Origin: Hypanus sabinus
Taxonomy: Eukaryota
Assembly: GCF_030144855.1 (NCBI RefSeq)
Contig: NC_082721.1
Location: 43,276,001 to 43,340,000 of the forward strand
Direction of reading: 5' to 3'
Length of the DNA stretch: 64,000 bases
Position 1 is the stretch's first letter. The number at the start of each line of letters is the position of its first letter. The translations under genes and the position numbers were made by a program. Positions 1 to 12,099 of the stretch are shown here, piece by piece. A model generated the notes under the pieces. That model worked only from the letters and a program-made list of their open reading frames with translations, was not told the DNA's origin and did not search any database.

Positions 1-845
1 GCCTATTCACGTCAACTCTAACTATCCCTCTCAAAATTTTAAATACCTCGATCAAATCCCCCCTCAACCTTCTACGCTCCAATGGATAGAGACCTAACTT
101 GTTCAACCTTTCTCTGTAACTTAAGTGCTGAAGCCCAGGTAACATCCTAGTAAATCGTCTCTGCACTCTCTCTAATTTATTGATATCTTTCCTATAATTC
201 GGTGACCAGAACTGTACACAATATTCCAAATTTGGCCTTACCAATGCCTTGTACAATTTTAACATTACATCCCAACTTCTGTACTCAATGCTTTGATTTA
301 TAAAGGCCAGCATTCCAAAAGCCTTCTTCACCACCCTATCTACATGAGACTCCACCTTCAGGGAACTATGCACTGTTATTCCTAGATCTCTCTGTTCCAC
401 TGCATTCCTCAGTGCCCTACCATTTACCCTGTATGTTCTATTTGGATTATTCCTGCCAAAATGTAGAACCTCACACTTCTCAGCATTAAACTCCGTCTAC
501 CAACATTCAGCCCATTCTTCTAACCGGCATAAATCTCCCTGCAAGCTTTGAAAACCCACCTCATTATCCACAACACCTCCTACCTGAGTATCATCGGCAT
601 ACTTACTAATCCAATTTACCACCCCATCATCCAGATCATTTATGTATATTACAAACAACATTGGGCCCAAAACAGATCCCTGAGGCACCCCGCTAGTCAC
701 TGGCCTCCATCCCAATAAACAATTATCCACCACTACTCTCTGGCATCTCCCATCTAGCCACTGTTGAATCCATTTATTACTCCAGCATTAATACCTAACG
801 ACTGAACCTTCTTAACTAACCTTCCATGTGGAACTTTGTCAAAGG
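1..845 (-). mobile_element. CR1 LINE, 5'-truncated copy of a young family (RT C-terminal part), runs off the window start
   Basis: ORF 497..733 reads ...SGVPQGSVLGP..YADD..; near-identical to 20400-21150 and 57870-58710. Confidence 0.95.
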
Positions 846-944
846 AATGGTAAAAGAGTGTTTAGAGTATACCAGATGTGATCTTACTTGTGCTCCTATC
901 AACAGAAACACAGAATGCTGAATTTAGATAAGCTACCTGGATGT

Positions 945-1540
945 GACAGACAAACCAGCCGGACCAGATGGTCTACACCATCTGAAAAAGGTTCTGAAAA
1001 AGGTGGCTGATAAAATTGTGGAGGCATTAGTAGTCATCTTTCAAGAATAATTAGATTCTGCAATGGTTTTGGAAGACTGAAAATTACAAACGTCAGTCCT
1101 CATTTTAAGATGAGAGGGATACAAAAGACAGGAAGTCATACCCAGTAGTGGGACTTCAGTGATTGGCAAGATGCTAGAGTCCATTCTTGAGGATGAGCCT
1201 TTATGGTATGTTTAATGCTTAATTAATGCTTCAGCAACAGCATATTTACAACATGACTCAAATATCAGTGAAATATTAAATACACAACAGATAGGGTAAA
1301 AAGTCAGTCTCTTTCCCAGGGAAGAAATATCAGATGCTAGAAGGACATACATTGAGGTACGAGAGATAAAGTTTCACTGATATAAATGGGACAAACTGCT
1401 TTTTTTATGCCAAGTGGGTAGGTGACTAGCATGAGCAGGCAGGTGCAGAGGAGGATGCAGATTTGAAAGTTACATTTAAGAGGCTTTTAAATGGACACCA
1501 TTATGCAAGAAGTGGAAGGATATAGATCAGGTAAGCAGAA
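945..1540 (+). mobile_element. Old degraded CR1 fragments
   Basis: Recognisable GPDG.HP.VLK and 3'-region nucleotide motifs shared with other CR1 copies here; no open frame. Confidence 0.6.
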
Positions 1541-1607
1541 AATATTTAGTTTCAAGCAACACACACAAAATGCTGGTGGAATGCAGCAGGCCAGGCAGCA
1601 TCTATAG

Positions 1608-2347
1608 CAGTGGTTCCCAACCTTTTTTTGGCCATGCCCCACCTAATCACCTCTAAAATCCTGATGCCCCCTGTGGTGATATATAATTCTTATTATTCAA
1701 AAAGTCAACTCCTATTCACCTGGAGGAAGCCTAAAAGACCATTAACTTGGTTTAAACAAGCTTCCAAAGAACATGGCATTCATGAAAGAGAAAAATAAAA
1801 GAATCAAAGGACTGTTAAAGTACTGAGGAAATTACTAAGAAATTGTAAAAAAAAACATTAAGTGATATTAAAATAATAATAATAATAATAAATAAATAAA
1901 ACAATGCCGAATCATTTCTACGGCATACAAAGACAGATACACTGTTTAAAAGAGATGACGCAATGTACAGACCTTCACACCACCAAGAACCGAAAGCTAC
2001 TGCAAAAAGCAGCATTGGCGCGACCTCGTATGAGTTTCTTACGCGTTTGGACTTGTTCATTCATTCCTCCCTACATCAGTCAATTCATTAATTTAATTAT
2101 GAAAGCCATTTGATGGTTGTAATGATGGTGATACACTATATATACAGTATGTACGCAATTACACATGTACATACACACAAGTATTTTTATGTATGCATGC
2201 TGTATATACACATATGTATTAATTTGCACACACACTCATACTCACACAGACCTACCAGAAAAAATTCACTGTTAATAACTCATTCTCGAATTGCCCCCTT
2301 AAAAATCAAATTACCTCCCGTGGTACACCCCACGTTGGGAACCACTG
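1608..2347. mobile_element. Non-autonomous hAT-type DNA transposon (MITE)
   Basis: Perfect 14-bp TIRs CAGTGGTTCCCAAC (1608-1621; 2334-2347) flanked by 8-bp TSD atctatag / atctattg (7/8 match). Confidence 0.9.
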
Positions 2348-2361
2348 ATCTATTGAAAGGA

Positions 2362-2400
2362 GTACAGTCAACGTTTCGGGCTGAGACCCTTTGTCAGGAC
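2362..2400 (-). ncRNA. Minimal type I hammerhead ribozyme motif in the Penelope pLTR (core mutated)
   Basis: Minus strand TAGTC-CTGACAA-A-GGGtctcagCCC-GAAAC-GTT-GACTG: stem I, stem II and palindromic ACGT stem III are present; CUGANGA G8 is changed to A. Confidence 0.75.
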
Positions 2401-5400
2401 TAACTGAAAGAAGAGATAGTACAAAAGTGGTTGGGGAAACAAAAGTTGAAAGTTGAAAACTTTCAACAAAAGTTGAAAGTGGTTGGGGAAAGGGGAGATC
2501 TTAAATGATGGGGGAAAACAGGAGGGGGAGGGATGAAGCTAACAGCTGGAAAGTTGATAGGCAAAAGGGATACAGAGCTGGAGAAGGGAGAGGATCATGG
2601 GACAGTAGGCGTAGGGACAAAGAAGAGGGGAGGAGAGCACCAGAGGAAGATGGAGAGCATAGAAGGAGTGATTGTGAGAGAAAGAAGAGAGAGGGAAAAA
2701 GGGAATAAATAATAAATAAATAAATATATAAGGGATGGGGTAAGAAGGGGAGGAGGGGGCATTAATGGAAGTTAGAGAAATCAATGTTCATGCCATCAGG
2801 TTGGAGGCTACCCAGATGGAATATAATGTGCTGTTCCTCGAACCTGAGTGTGGCTTCATCTTGAGAGCAGAGGAGGCCATGGATTGATGTATCAGAATGG
2901 GAATGGGACGTGGAATTAAAATGTTTGGCCACGGGGAGATCCTGCTTTCTCTGGCGGACAGAGCATAGGTATTCAGTGAAATGGTCTCCCAGTCTGTGTT
3001 GGGTCTCACCAATATATAGAAGGTTGCACCGGGAGCACCGGATGCAGTATACCACACCAGCCGACTCACAGGACAAGAATCGCCTCACCTGGAAGGACGG
3101 TCTGGGGCCCTGAATGGTGGTGAGGAAGGAAATGTAAAGGCAGGTGTAGCACTTGTTCCGCTTACAAGGATATGTGCCAGGAGGGAGATTGGTGGGAAGG
3201 GATGGGGGTACGAATGGACAAGGGAGTTGCATAGTAAGCAATCCCTGTGGAAAGCAGAAGGGGAGAAGGGAAAGATGTGCTTGGTGGTGGGATCCCATTG
3301 GAGGTGGCAGAAGTTACGGAGAATTATATGTTGGACCCAGAGGCTAGTGGGGTGGCAGGAGGATGGAGTGAGAGCAGATGTGCGTGAAATGGGAGAGATG
3401 TTTTTGAGAGCAGAGTTGATGGTGGAGGAAGGGAAGCCCCTTTCTTTAAAAAAGGAAGACATCTCCTTTGTCCTGGAATGAAAAGCATCATCCTGAGAGC
3501 AGATGTGGTGGAGAATGTGGAATTGTGAGAAGGAGAAGGCATTTTTACAAGAGACAGGGTGGGAAGTGGAATAGTCCAGGTAGTTGTGAGAGTCTGTAGG
3601 ATTATAGTAGACATCAGTAGATAAGCTGTCTCCAGAGATAGAGACAGAAAGATTAAAAAAGGGGAGTGAGGTGTGGAAATGGACCAGGTAAATTTGAGGG
3701 CAGGGTGAAAGTTGGAGGCAAAGTTAATGAAGTCAATGAGCTCAGCATGTGTGCAGGAAGCAGCACCAATGCAGTCATCAATGTAGCGAACGAAAAGTGG
3801 GGACGGCTACCAGTATAGGCTTGGAACATGGACTGTTCCACAAAGCCAAAAGCCAGGCATAGCTGGGATCAATACGGGTGTCCATGGCTACGTCTTTAGG
3901 TTGGAGGAAGTGGGAGGAGCCAAAGGAGAACTGATTAAGGGTAAGGACTAATCCGCTTGACAGTGGAGAGTGGGGGTAGAGGGGAACTGGTTAGGTCTCG
4001 AATCCAAAAAGAAGCCCCGAGCTTTGAGACCTTCCTGGTGGGGCATGGAGGTATATAGGGATTGGACATCCATGGTGAAAATAAGGCAGTGGGGGCCAGG
4101 GAACTTAAAATCATTGAAAAAATTCAGAGTGAGAGAAGTGTCACAAACATAGGTGGGAAGGGATTGAACAAGGGGGGATAAAACAGTGTGGAGGTATGCA
4201 GAAATGAGTTTGGTGGGGCAGGAGCAAGCTGAGACAATGGGTCTGCTTGGACAGGCAGGTTTGTGAATCTTGGGAAGGAAGTAGAAACGGAAAGTGTTGG
4301 GTGTGGGAACTATGAGGTTGGTGGCAGTGGATGGGAGATCTGCAGAGCTGATAAGGTTGGTGATGGTATAGGAGACAATGGCCTGGCGCTCCTTAGTGGG
4401 GTCATGATCGAGGAGTAAATAAGAGGATGTATCAGTGAGTTGTCACTGTGCCTCAGCAAGGTAGAGGTCAGTATGCCAGATGACAACAGCGCCACCCTTA
4501 TCAGTGGGTTTTATAGTAAAGTTAGGATTGGTGCAGAGGGAGCAGAGAGCAGAGTGCTCGGAAGGAATGAGGTTGGAATTGGAACAAGGTGGGGTGAAGT
4601 CAAGATGGTTGATGTCCCATCAGCAGATTTAGTTTCATTTGTCATTGATGTTTAGCACAGATTTTTGTGATGAAGGACCTGCTTTGGTGCATTGTTCTAA
4701 TATTTCAAAGATTTTTAGATTAATAAGCTAAGCATCTGACATTATCATAATTAATTACATCCAAGATTCTTTCATTACCACTTGAAAGAATTATCTTTAC
4801 CATCAGCACTGCAGCCATTGTTGAGATACAGGTTCAATAGTCAGGTCAGTTTAGAGCAGAGTATGGGGTGGTGTGTTTAATAGGAATTGTCAAATGTTTA
4901 AGCGCTTGGATTCAAAAAAATTCATGGGATCCTGGATGTAGACAAGGAAACCTTTGCGTATCAATATAGGGTACAGTTTCAAAGATAAATACATTTTCCA
5001 TCATAGTGAATGCAAGGTGAAAGCAGCACTGAGCTGAGAAAGAGCAACAAATGTTCTCTAGGTGGGGTCTTAAAAGTTCAGCAGCAGAAGTGAACCAGCA
5101 GTAACACATCTCAGTTGACTGAGTCCTTAAGAGCATCGTTACAAGGTGAGATCTGAAAAACCCATATGGGATGAGATCTTAAATCTCTTCTGTTCAGCCA
5201 ATCCACAAATGCATTTCTTCCAGAGAGTAAATGGGAGGAGTATCCACCCTACAATCATGAGGACAAAATCTTCCAAGAAAATCCAGGATCCTCTCTATTG
5301 TGTTCTGTGGAAGAAACAGCATACTAAATTGGATATTTTCTAAATAAATCTCAAGAATAGCACATTAAGTATTGGATATCAACAGCAGCAAAACCTTTTA

Positions 5401-6639
5401 ATTCCACCCCAATTTGCAACTGGTTACACATTGCATCAGCATTCCACCATTACAAACAAACAAAGCTGCTGACCCTGATTCAAAGTGAAATATAGAAGAG
5501 TATATGAGCAGAATTTGTCATATATAAAAAATTTCCCGGAATCCTGAAGATACCACATTGTGTGCATCCAGCAGTTGAGCAACATAAGGTTAACCAACAT
5601 TCCTAAATCTATGGATCTAAAATAAAGGGCTTAAGCCCCTTAAAGGTAAGAATGAGAAAATTAAGAAGGGATATGCAAACAATAGATTTGTGAAAACAAT
5701 GATGTGTTTGTCAGTTGTCACTGTGAACTCAAAAGATATCACTGTTGAAGGTACTAAAAAACAGCACTGGAAGAACACAGCAGCTCAAACAGCACCTGTG
5801 GAGGCAAAAGGTGCACGTTGATGTTTTGTACAGAGAACAAATATCATGACTGAGATGGAGCAGAAAATATTACCCGTGTACAGCAGTAGGGGGAAGGACA
5901 TGTGGACAAAAGGAGAGAATAGCTAGTGTAGTGGTTATCTGAGTGCTATTACAGCTCATGGCATTGAAGTTCAGATTTCAATTGCCATGTCATCTGGAAG
6001 AAGTCTATCTGTCCTCCCCATGGAATTCGAGTTTCAAGGTTCATAGTACGTTTATTATCGAAAGTGTATGCAATATAGTACTTTGTGATTTATCTTCTGT
6101 AGAGAGCCATGAAACAAATAAAACCATACAGGCCATTCAGAGAAGAACATCTCCCCTCCCCATGCACAAAAAGTAAACAAATCATGCAAAGATCAAGTAG
6201 TGAATTGTGCAACTGGCATCAAGAACATCGAAGCTCCCCAAGTGCAAAGAAAACCAAATCATGCAAAACGTGCAAATGCAAGTTATGCTTCCAGCACCAA
6301 GAACAACAACTCCCTACACCGATCCCATCACGTGCAATGTAAACCAAAATAAATCATGTAAACAGCAACAATATAGAATGGATGAAAACACAGAATGTAA
6401 AGCATAAAACTGAAAGAGTCAAGTTGAACTACAGTCTAATCCATAAATCCCTGATCCAGAACATTGCTACTATCCTCCAACAATACAGAGGAGAGAGTGC
6501 ATTCAAATGTGGGGTCCTTCCCTTGGGAGAAGCAAGTGAGAGGCCGTCACATGCAGACACCTTCTCCAGCAACAGCGAGTGAGAAGCTGCTAGATGTCAC
6601 TGAACATTCGCTTGCCTTCAGGTTCCTCTAATTTCCATC

Positions 6640-7270
6640 CAATCTAAAGGTGTACAGGTTCTAATCAATCAGCCCCAAAACCTGGGCCTCCTTAACTCAC
6701 TCTGCAACTGGATTCTTGACTTCATCAATGGAAGACCACTGTCTGTGAAGATTAGAAATAAGATTCCTCCTTGCTGACAATCAACACTGGTGTACCTTAA
6801 GGATGAGTTCTTAGCCACTCCCCTACTCTCTCTACACCCATGACTGTATGACTAGGCACAGCTCAAATGCCATATATAAATTTGCCGATTACACAACTAC
6901 TGTTGGCAGAATTTCAGACCGTGATAAGGCAAACAAGAGCGAGACAGATTGGCTTGTTGAGTGGTGCTGCAGCAACAACCTTGCACTCAGTGTCAGTAGG
7001 ACCACAGAATCAATTGCTGACTTCAGTGAGGAGAAGTCGAGGAATCAGTCACCAGCCATCTTCAAGTGATTAGAAGAGGAAAGTTTGAGCAATTTGAAGT
7101 TTCCATGTGTCAACATCTCTGAGGATCTATCCTGGACCTATCATATTGATGCATTTTTAAAGAAGGCATAACAGTGGCTATATTTCATTAGAAGTTTGAG
7201 AAGAAATCACATGTCAACTAACACACTTGCACATTTCTACGGAAGTACTGTGGAGAGCATTCCATCTGAT
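6640..7270 (+). mobile_element. Rex1/Babar-type LINE RT fragment
   Basis: LGLLNSLCNWILDF...; THDC..RHSSNAIYKFADYTT motifs (ORF 6848..7069). Confidence 0.8.
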
Positions 7271-7439
7271 TTCATTACTATATTCTCCTAATCCTTGGTA
7301 TGTCTGGTAACACCTTCATAACCTTGTCATTAATTAGTCCTCAGGCAACATTCAGGGTTGATTGATCCTGTGCCGCAGTAAGTGCCTGTGAAATTCTGAG
7401 CTGCTTTCTTAAGGTTCCAAGACGCCTGTCCGAGATTTC

Positions 7440-7700
7440 AAGATGACTGCCCGAGTGAATCATCTCTGGTCATCTATTGAGTTTCTCCCTGACTACTCAA
7501 GACTGGATGTGAACTCAGCTGAGCTCTTTGGAGTCCCTTCAGATTATACAGATTTGAGGAGAACCACTACCAATCCCCACATAGGAACTATGATTGTGAC
7601 CTCAATTTACTCTCGGGTTGATGTCCTTCCCTGGGAACTCTTGGTACATTGTCCACTCCTGAGAGGCGAACAATGGAGGAATATTCCAGTAGTTGTGGAG
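7440..7700 (+). mobile_element. Gypsy (sushi-like) pol remnant
   Basis: VPSDYTDL; homologous to 54300-54580, which reads VPSEYLDLLGMFIKRIATALSPDRIYDCVVNL, like the sushi/Ty3 RT N-terminus. Confidence 0.6.
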
Positions 7701-8299
7701 TTACTAACTTGTGGTGGTGGCACTGTCTTCCCTCTCAGTGTCTGTGAGATAACTGTTTGAAGGATGATTTCAACATGTAATTTTTCATGCAAATCATGTA
7801 AAACATGATTATTTGTTGTATAGAAACCTTGATGTAAGTGAACTTTGAAAGACATTGGTTGGAGAAAACAGGATGGAAAAGAGATGGACAAGATTTTTGA
7901 AGTTATGATGTTGTCTTGCCATCCAACTTCTGTAAAGCATGTTCTCGTAAGACCTATCGTAGGAAGTGCAAAATAACACTTTACAGTAAACAATGCATAG
8001 CCATGTCTGAGTTGTGTACAAAGTTAATTTTTTTTGAGTGATACACTATTCCAAAAGTTTATGGATGTATTTGATGTAACATTAAATGCATTGACCACTG
8101 TGGTCCCATATGTGCCATTGGAAATAACTGATGGGGACAAAACATGATGGAATGATGATTGCATCACAGAGTCAGAGAAGACAACTGCTTTGACCAGTAT
8201 GATTGATTGGCTTGCATGGTTATTAGCCAATGACATAGATAAATGGATTATTGGTTACTGAAATGTTTGGCCGCTGTGAAACAGTTCAGCATTTTGAAT

Positions 8300-10010
8300 G
8301 AAGTTACACTTTCCAAAATTGAATCCGTGTTCTCAGGGCTCTTTTTCCCAGCATTGCTGGTGATGAGCTGCAGCACTGTTGTTAAGAGTGTTCCCTCTCA
8401 CCTTAAACCTATGCTTTCTTGTCCTTGTAAAAAACTTGTAAGAAGGACTGAATGCATTCACTTTATCTATGCCCTTCATGATTGTATATCTATATCTTTA
8501 TATGATCACTTCTCAGTTCTAACCTGACTAGCTTCTCCCCGTAACTCAGTCTCTCAAGTCCTGGCAACTTGTAAATCCTTTCTACACTTTTTCAGTTTAA
8601 TGATATTTTTCTTTTAGCAGGGCAACCAAAATTGGACTTCAAGTATAAAGACTGCAATATCCTGTTAAATTGCAGCATGGCTTCCCAATTTTTAAACTCA
8701 GTGATGTGACTAATGAAGTCCACAGTGCCAAAAACCATCTTCACCACTCTGTCTACCTGTGACTACACTTTCATTTAACCTTGTACTTGCACTCCAAGAG
8801 ACCTCTGTTCAACAACACTCCCCATTCATGTGAAAGCCCCATCTAGATTTTCACTTGTAAAATGTAATGCCTTGCACTTAGCCAAATTCAAATCCATTTG
8901 ATATCCTTCATATCACTTCCCCAGCTGATCAAGCTGCCGATGTAATCTTGATTGATTTTCTTCATTGTCTACTGTTCCACCTATCTTACTGTCAACTGCA
9001 AACTTATTAATATTGCCTTGTATGTTCTTATTCAAACTGTTGATAGAGATGCCAAACATCAATGGGCCCAGCACCATCCCCTAAGGCATACCACTAGTCA
9101 TAGGCAACCAGACCTAGAAACGATCCTCCACTTTGTTGGTACCCTCTGTGTGTCCCCGTCAAACCACTGTGTCTCCAATTAAGTACTTCCTTGTGGCTTC
9201 CATGTGAACCACCCTTCCAGAGCAGCCTATTAAATGGAACCTTCAGACTTACTGAGGTTCAAATAAATCACATCTACGGCCCTGCCCTTATTGACTTCCT
9301 GTATCACATCATCAAAAATCTCAATAAAATTCATTAGTCATAATCTCCATGCACAAAGTTATACTGATATCTCTGAATAACCCATATCTTTCAAGATGTA
9401 AGCATACCCTATCCTTCAGAATCTTCAGCAGTAACTTACCTATTCCAGATGTCAGACTTACTGGTCTATAGTTCCCAGTGTACTTTGCCACTGTTATTAA
9501 GTATATGCACAACATTTTCTACCATACGGTCAACTTACTAGCACTTCACTGTGGCCAAAGATGAAGCAAATATGAACATAAGAGCATAAGAAATAGGAAC
9601 AGGAATAGGCCATCTGGCCCGAAGAGCCTGCTCTGCCATTCAATAAGATCATGACTGATTTGACCATGGACTCATCTCCACCTGTCTTTTCCTCATAGGT
9701 CTTAATTCCCTATTAAGCAAAAATGTATCTAAGCTTGTCTATATATTTAGTGAGGGGGCCCCCAGTGCTTATTGGGCAGAGAACTCTGCAGATGCACCAC
9801 TCTTTGGTAAAAGCATTTCCTCTTCATTTTCGTTCTAAATTTACTCCCACAAATATTTAGGCTATTTCCCCTAGTTATAGTCTCACCTACCAGTGGAAAT
9901 AATATCTCAACCAGGGCTCCTAATTTCTTCTCTAGCCAGCTATAGAATTCTTGGATATACTTGATCAGACTCTGGGGATATGTCAACCTCCACACATTTT
10001 TAAAAATTGA
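8300..10010 (-). mobile_element. Old CR1 remnant with a younger CR1 3' fragment inserted at about 9575-9915
   Basis: ORF 9321..9515 has YTGNYRPVSLTSGIGKLL; an aacataag/agcataag tail marks the inserted piece, which is absent from the paralog at 57150. Confidence 0.75.
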
Positions 10011-10654
10011 GGGAAGTTTTTTTCTTCCCCAGAAGCCAATAGAAGCTGAGTCCTTGAATAGATTCACGGCTGCATGTAAACTGATCTATAGTGCAAACCC
10101 AAGTCTGGAATGAAATGCATTTGAGGCCGACACAATGACCTGACTAAATGACAAAGAGGGATGGAGCAGCCATGTGGACTGGTCCTGTCCCCATCGTCGG
10201 TGTTCCTTTGCTCAGAGAGATTGATGATCAGACTCAGATCATGAGGACCCAGTCTGTATGAGAACAGGTTTAGTGCCCAAATTCGTTTGCTAACATCAGT
10301 GGACATAGCCATAAATCTCATTGATGAACATGTGCTGGTCTCTCTCAGCCTTCCAGATGGTGCTGATGAATAAGCCTTGCAGTGAAACTCAGTCCCTTCT
10401 AATCCATAATGGTGCCAGCTATGCTCAGACAATGTAACCATGCTGGATTTCACTACCTGCACACTCCTTGGTGTTACAATCTGCTGTGAAATTTTGTCCT
10501 TCAGCAGTTTGCTGGAGAATGGTGTAGAACAAATCTGCTGTCATTCGTCTCCCCCCTCCACTGACTCTCCAATTGTTATCCCACAATTTATCAGACCACG
10601 GGTTTGGAATGTAGCTGTTTTATGCAAAATGGTGCAGAGTAAGCCAGAACTTAC

Positions 10655-10698
10655 CAGTCCCAGGGTTGCCCAGGTTCTTACTTATTCGCATGTACTTC
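10655..10698 (-). other. Candidate 44-nt exon of an unidentified gene (copy A)
   Basis: ctgcttctgtAG acceptor and CTG|GTAAGT donor; both are conserved in copy B (63783-63826); only one frame is open in both copies. Confidence 0.4.
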
Positions 10699-10739
10699 CT
10701 ACAGAAGCAGTGGGCTGTGCTTTGAGAGGATAGGCACAA

Positions 10740-11065
10740 GGATGCTTAGGTAGCACATGAGCTGTGTCATGCAGTGCTGATACCTCATGGCTTCAGTGAC
10801 CTGGATTTGTTCCTGAGCTACTGCATGCGAAATTTGTCTGTTTTCTCTGTGACCACTTGAATTTTCTAGTGATGCTCGATCTTCCTTGCACGATGCAGAT
10901 AAGGTACCGTAACTTTCCACTTTGTGTAAGGAAGCTGTAAAAGAATCGAAGGATGCTTGATGGCATGCGTGAGTGGAAGGGAACAGGCATCAATGTGGAT
11001 ACTCTGTTGGGAGCTAATATAGACCCAGTGGGCTGAATAGCCTCATTATGTGTTTTGCTAAATAA
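10740..11065 (+). mobile_element. tRNA-headed SINE (V-SINE/HE1-like), degraded
   Basis: Degenerate tRNA-like head, central gtgaccacttgaattttc core and CR1-derived tail. Confidence 0.6.
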
Positions 11066-12099
11066 TGATTGCTCAGTTTCTCCTGTATTATTGGATTTAC
11101 TGATATTTCTTCAATAATATTACTCAAAGTATATTAAGTTTCCTCCTGTACAGAGCTCTGAGATATCACTAATTGAGAAGAGATTGGTGTGAGATTTCTC
11201 TGATGGGATTGGTGGGTCATGGCCATTGCATCATGGTTATTTCGTGAATCTGTTTTCTTTCCCAGTTCCTGTGTTGTAGGAAATTGAATCCAAGCTCCAA
11301 CTTAACTCAGTGAATGGAGGAGCTCTCAGTAAAAAAACTCTTACTGCATTCAAGGATGCTGTTTAACTTGTAGTTGCTGATGTAGATATTTAAACACTTA
11401 CCTAGTTCCTGACAACTCCGCTAAAGATGTAATAGTCTGAGCTTCTATCTTCTGTTGGGATCTGTTGCATTATAAACAAAGTCACTAGAGAGAACAAAAT
11501 GAGTCTTGGAGGAAGAGGCCTGTATGACTTTTTACATTCTAACTATCAATGCTGGCAGCAAGACCATTCTAAGGTTACAATGTATCTATGATGCTTCCTT
11601 TCAATTACATATGATTTTCACCCCTCCTGTGAGTGATCTGCACTCACACTCCATGCACACAAAATGAATATTAATCAGAATTGAATGGTTTTCAATTAAC
11701 TGATATCCATAGCTCCAAGGAACTATTGTCCAAGGCTACAATTTAAATTTAATCTCCAACCCATGTTCAAGTCAAAAGATTGGTTGCTGAAGTTAATATT
11801 TGATGTTTATCCTAACTCCAGAATATGTCTTAACAGTCCCACCTTTTGGGTCTCCTGGACAAAAATCAATTTGTTCCAGGAAAGGCCAAACCTTAAGGAG
11901 GACCTAATCAGATATGACATCAAAAGTACTCTGTACTTTCAAACCCATTTCCCAGTTACCCATATACAGCTATATCTACAATCTCATCCCTAATGACTCC
12001 CTACAAGAATCTAAGCAGAGATTGCTCCAGAAATTTGACTGACAGTCTTTAAAATGCATCTCCATCATTTGTACGCCTGTTGCCACCTTCCCTGCTGAC

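Larger units (their letters stand above)
1555..4640 (-). mobile_element. Penelope-like element (RT + GIY-YIG endonuclease + pLTR), degraded, interrupted by a MITE
   Basis: ORF 2788..3069 and 2762..3298 region gives GVVYCIRCSRCNLLYIGET..RL..HF..(H)..LPVAKHFN..H, the GIY-YIG signature. pLTR halves lie at 1555-1607 and 2348-2420. Confidence 0.9.
7290..10870 (+). repeat. Segmental duplication copy A (paralog of 54175-64000)
   Basis: Collinear shared anchors: 7470-7516 with 54326-54371; 7983-8007 with 54652-54676 (24/25); 8750-9560 with 56230-57160; 10055-10330 with 57300-57555 plus 60324-60360; 10624-10642 with 63752-63770 (19/19). Confidence 0.8.

Noticed and set aside
8721-8736. CACAGTG immediately followed by CCAAAAACC (RSS heptamer plus near-nonamer)
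   Set aside because: No 12/23 spacer, it lies inside an old CR1, and no V/J is adjacent.
10255-10325. YVH*C*QTNLGTKPVLI resembling V framework 2
   Set aside because: Stops at key positions in both paralogs, wrong spacing, and no upstream Cys or downstream FR3.
10064-10462. 132-aa minus ORF whose paralog (57.4-57.55 kb plus 60.33 kb) is also largely open
   Set aside because: Substitutions between copies are spread evenly over codon positions (about 12/15/13 by hand count), and the 3' half is the antisense of a CR1 tail.
10600-10733. Plus-strand KMVQSKPELTS peptide shared with 63750-63790
   Set aside because: No credible plus-strand donor; the minus-strand 44-nt exon explains the conserved splice signals better. 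Not fully excluded.
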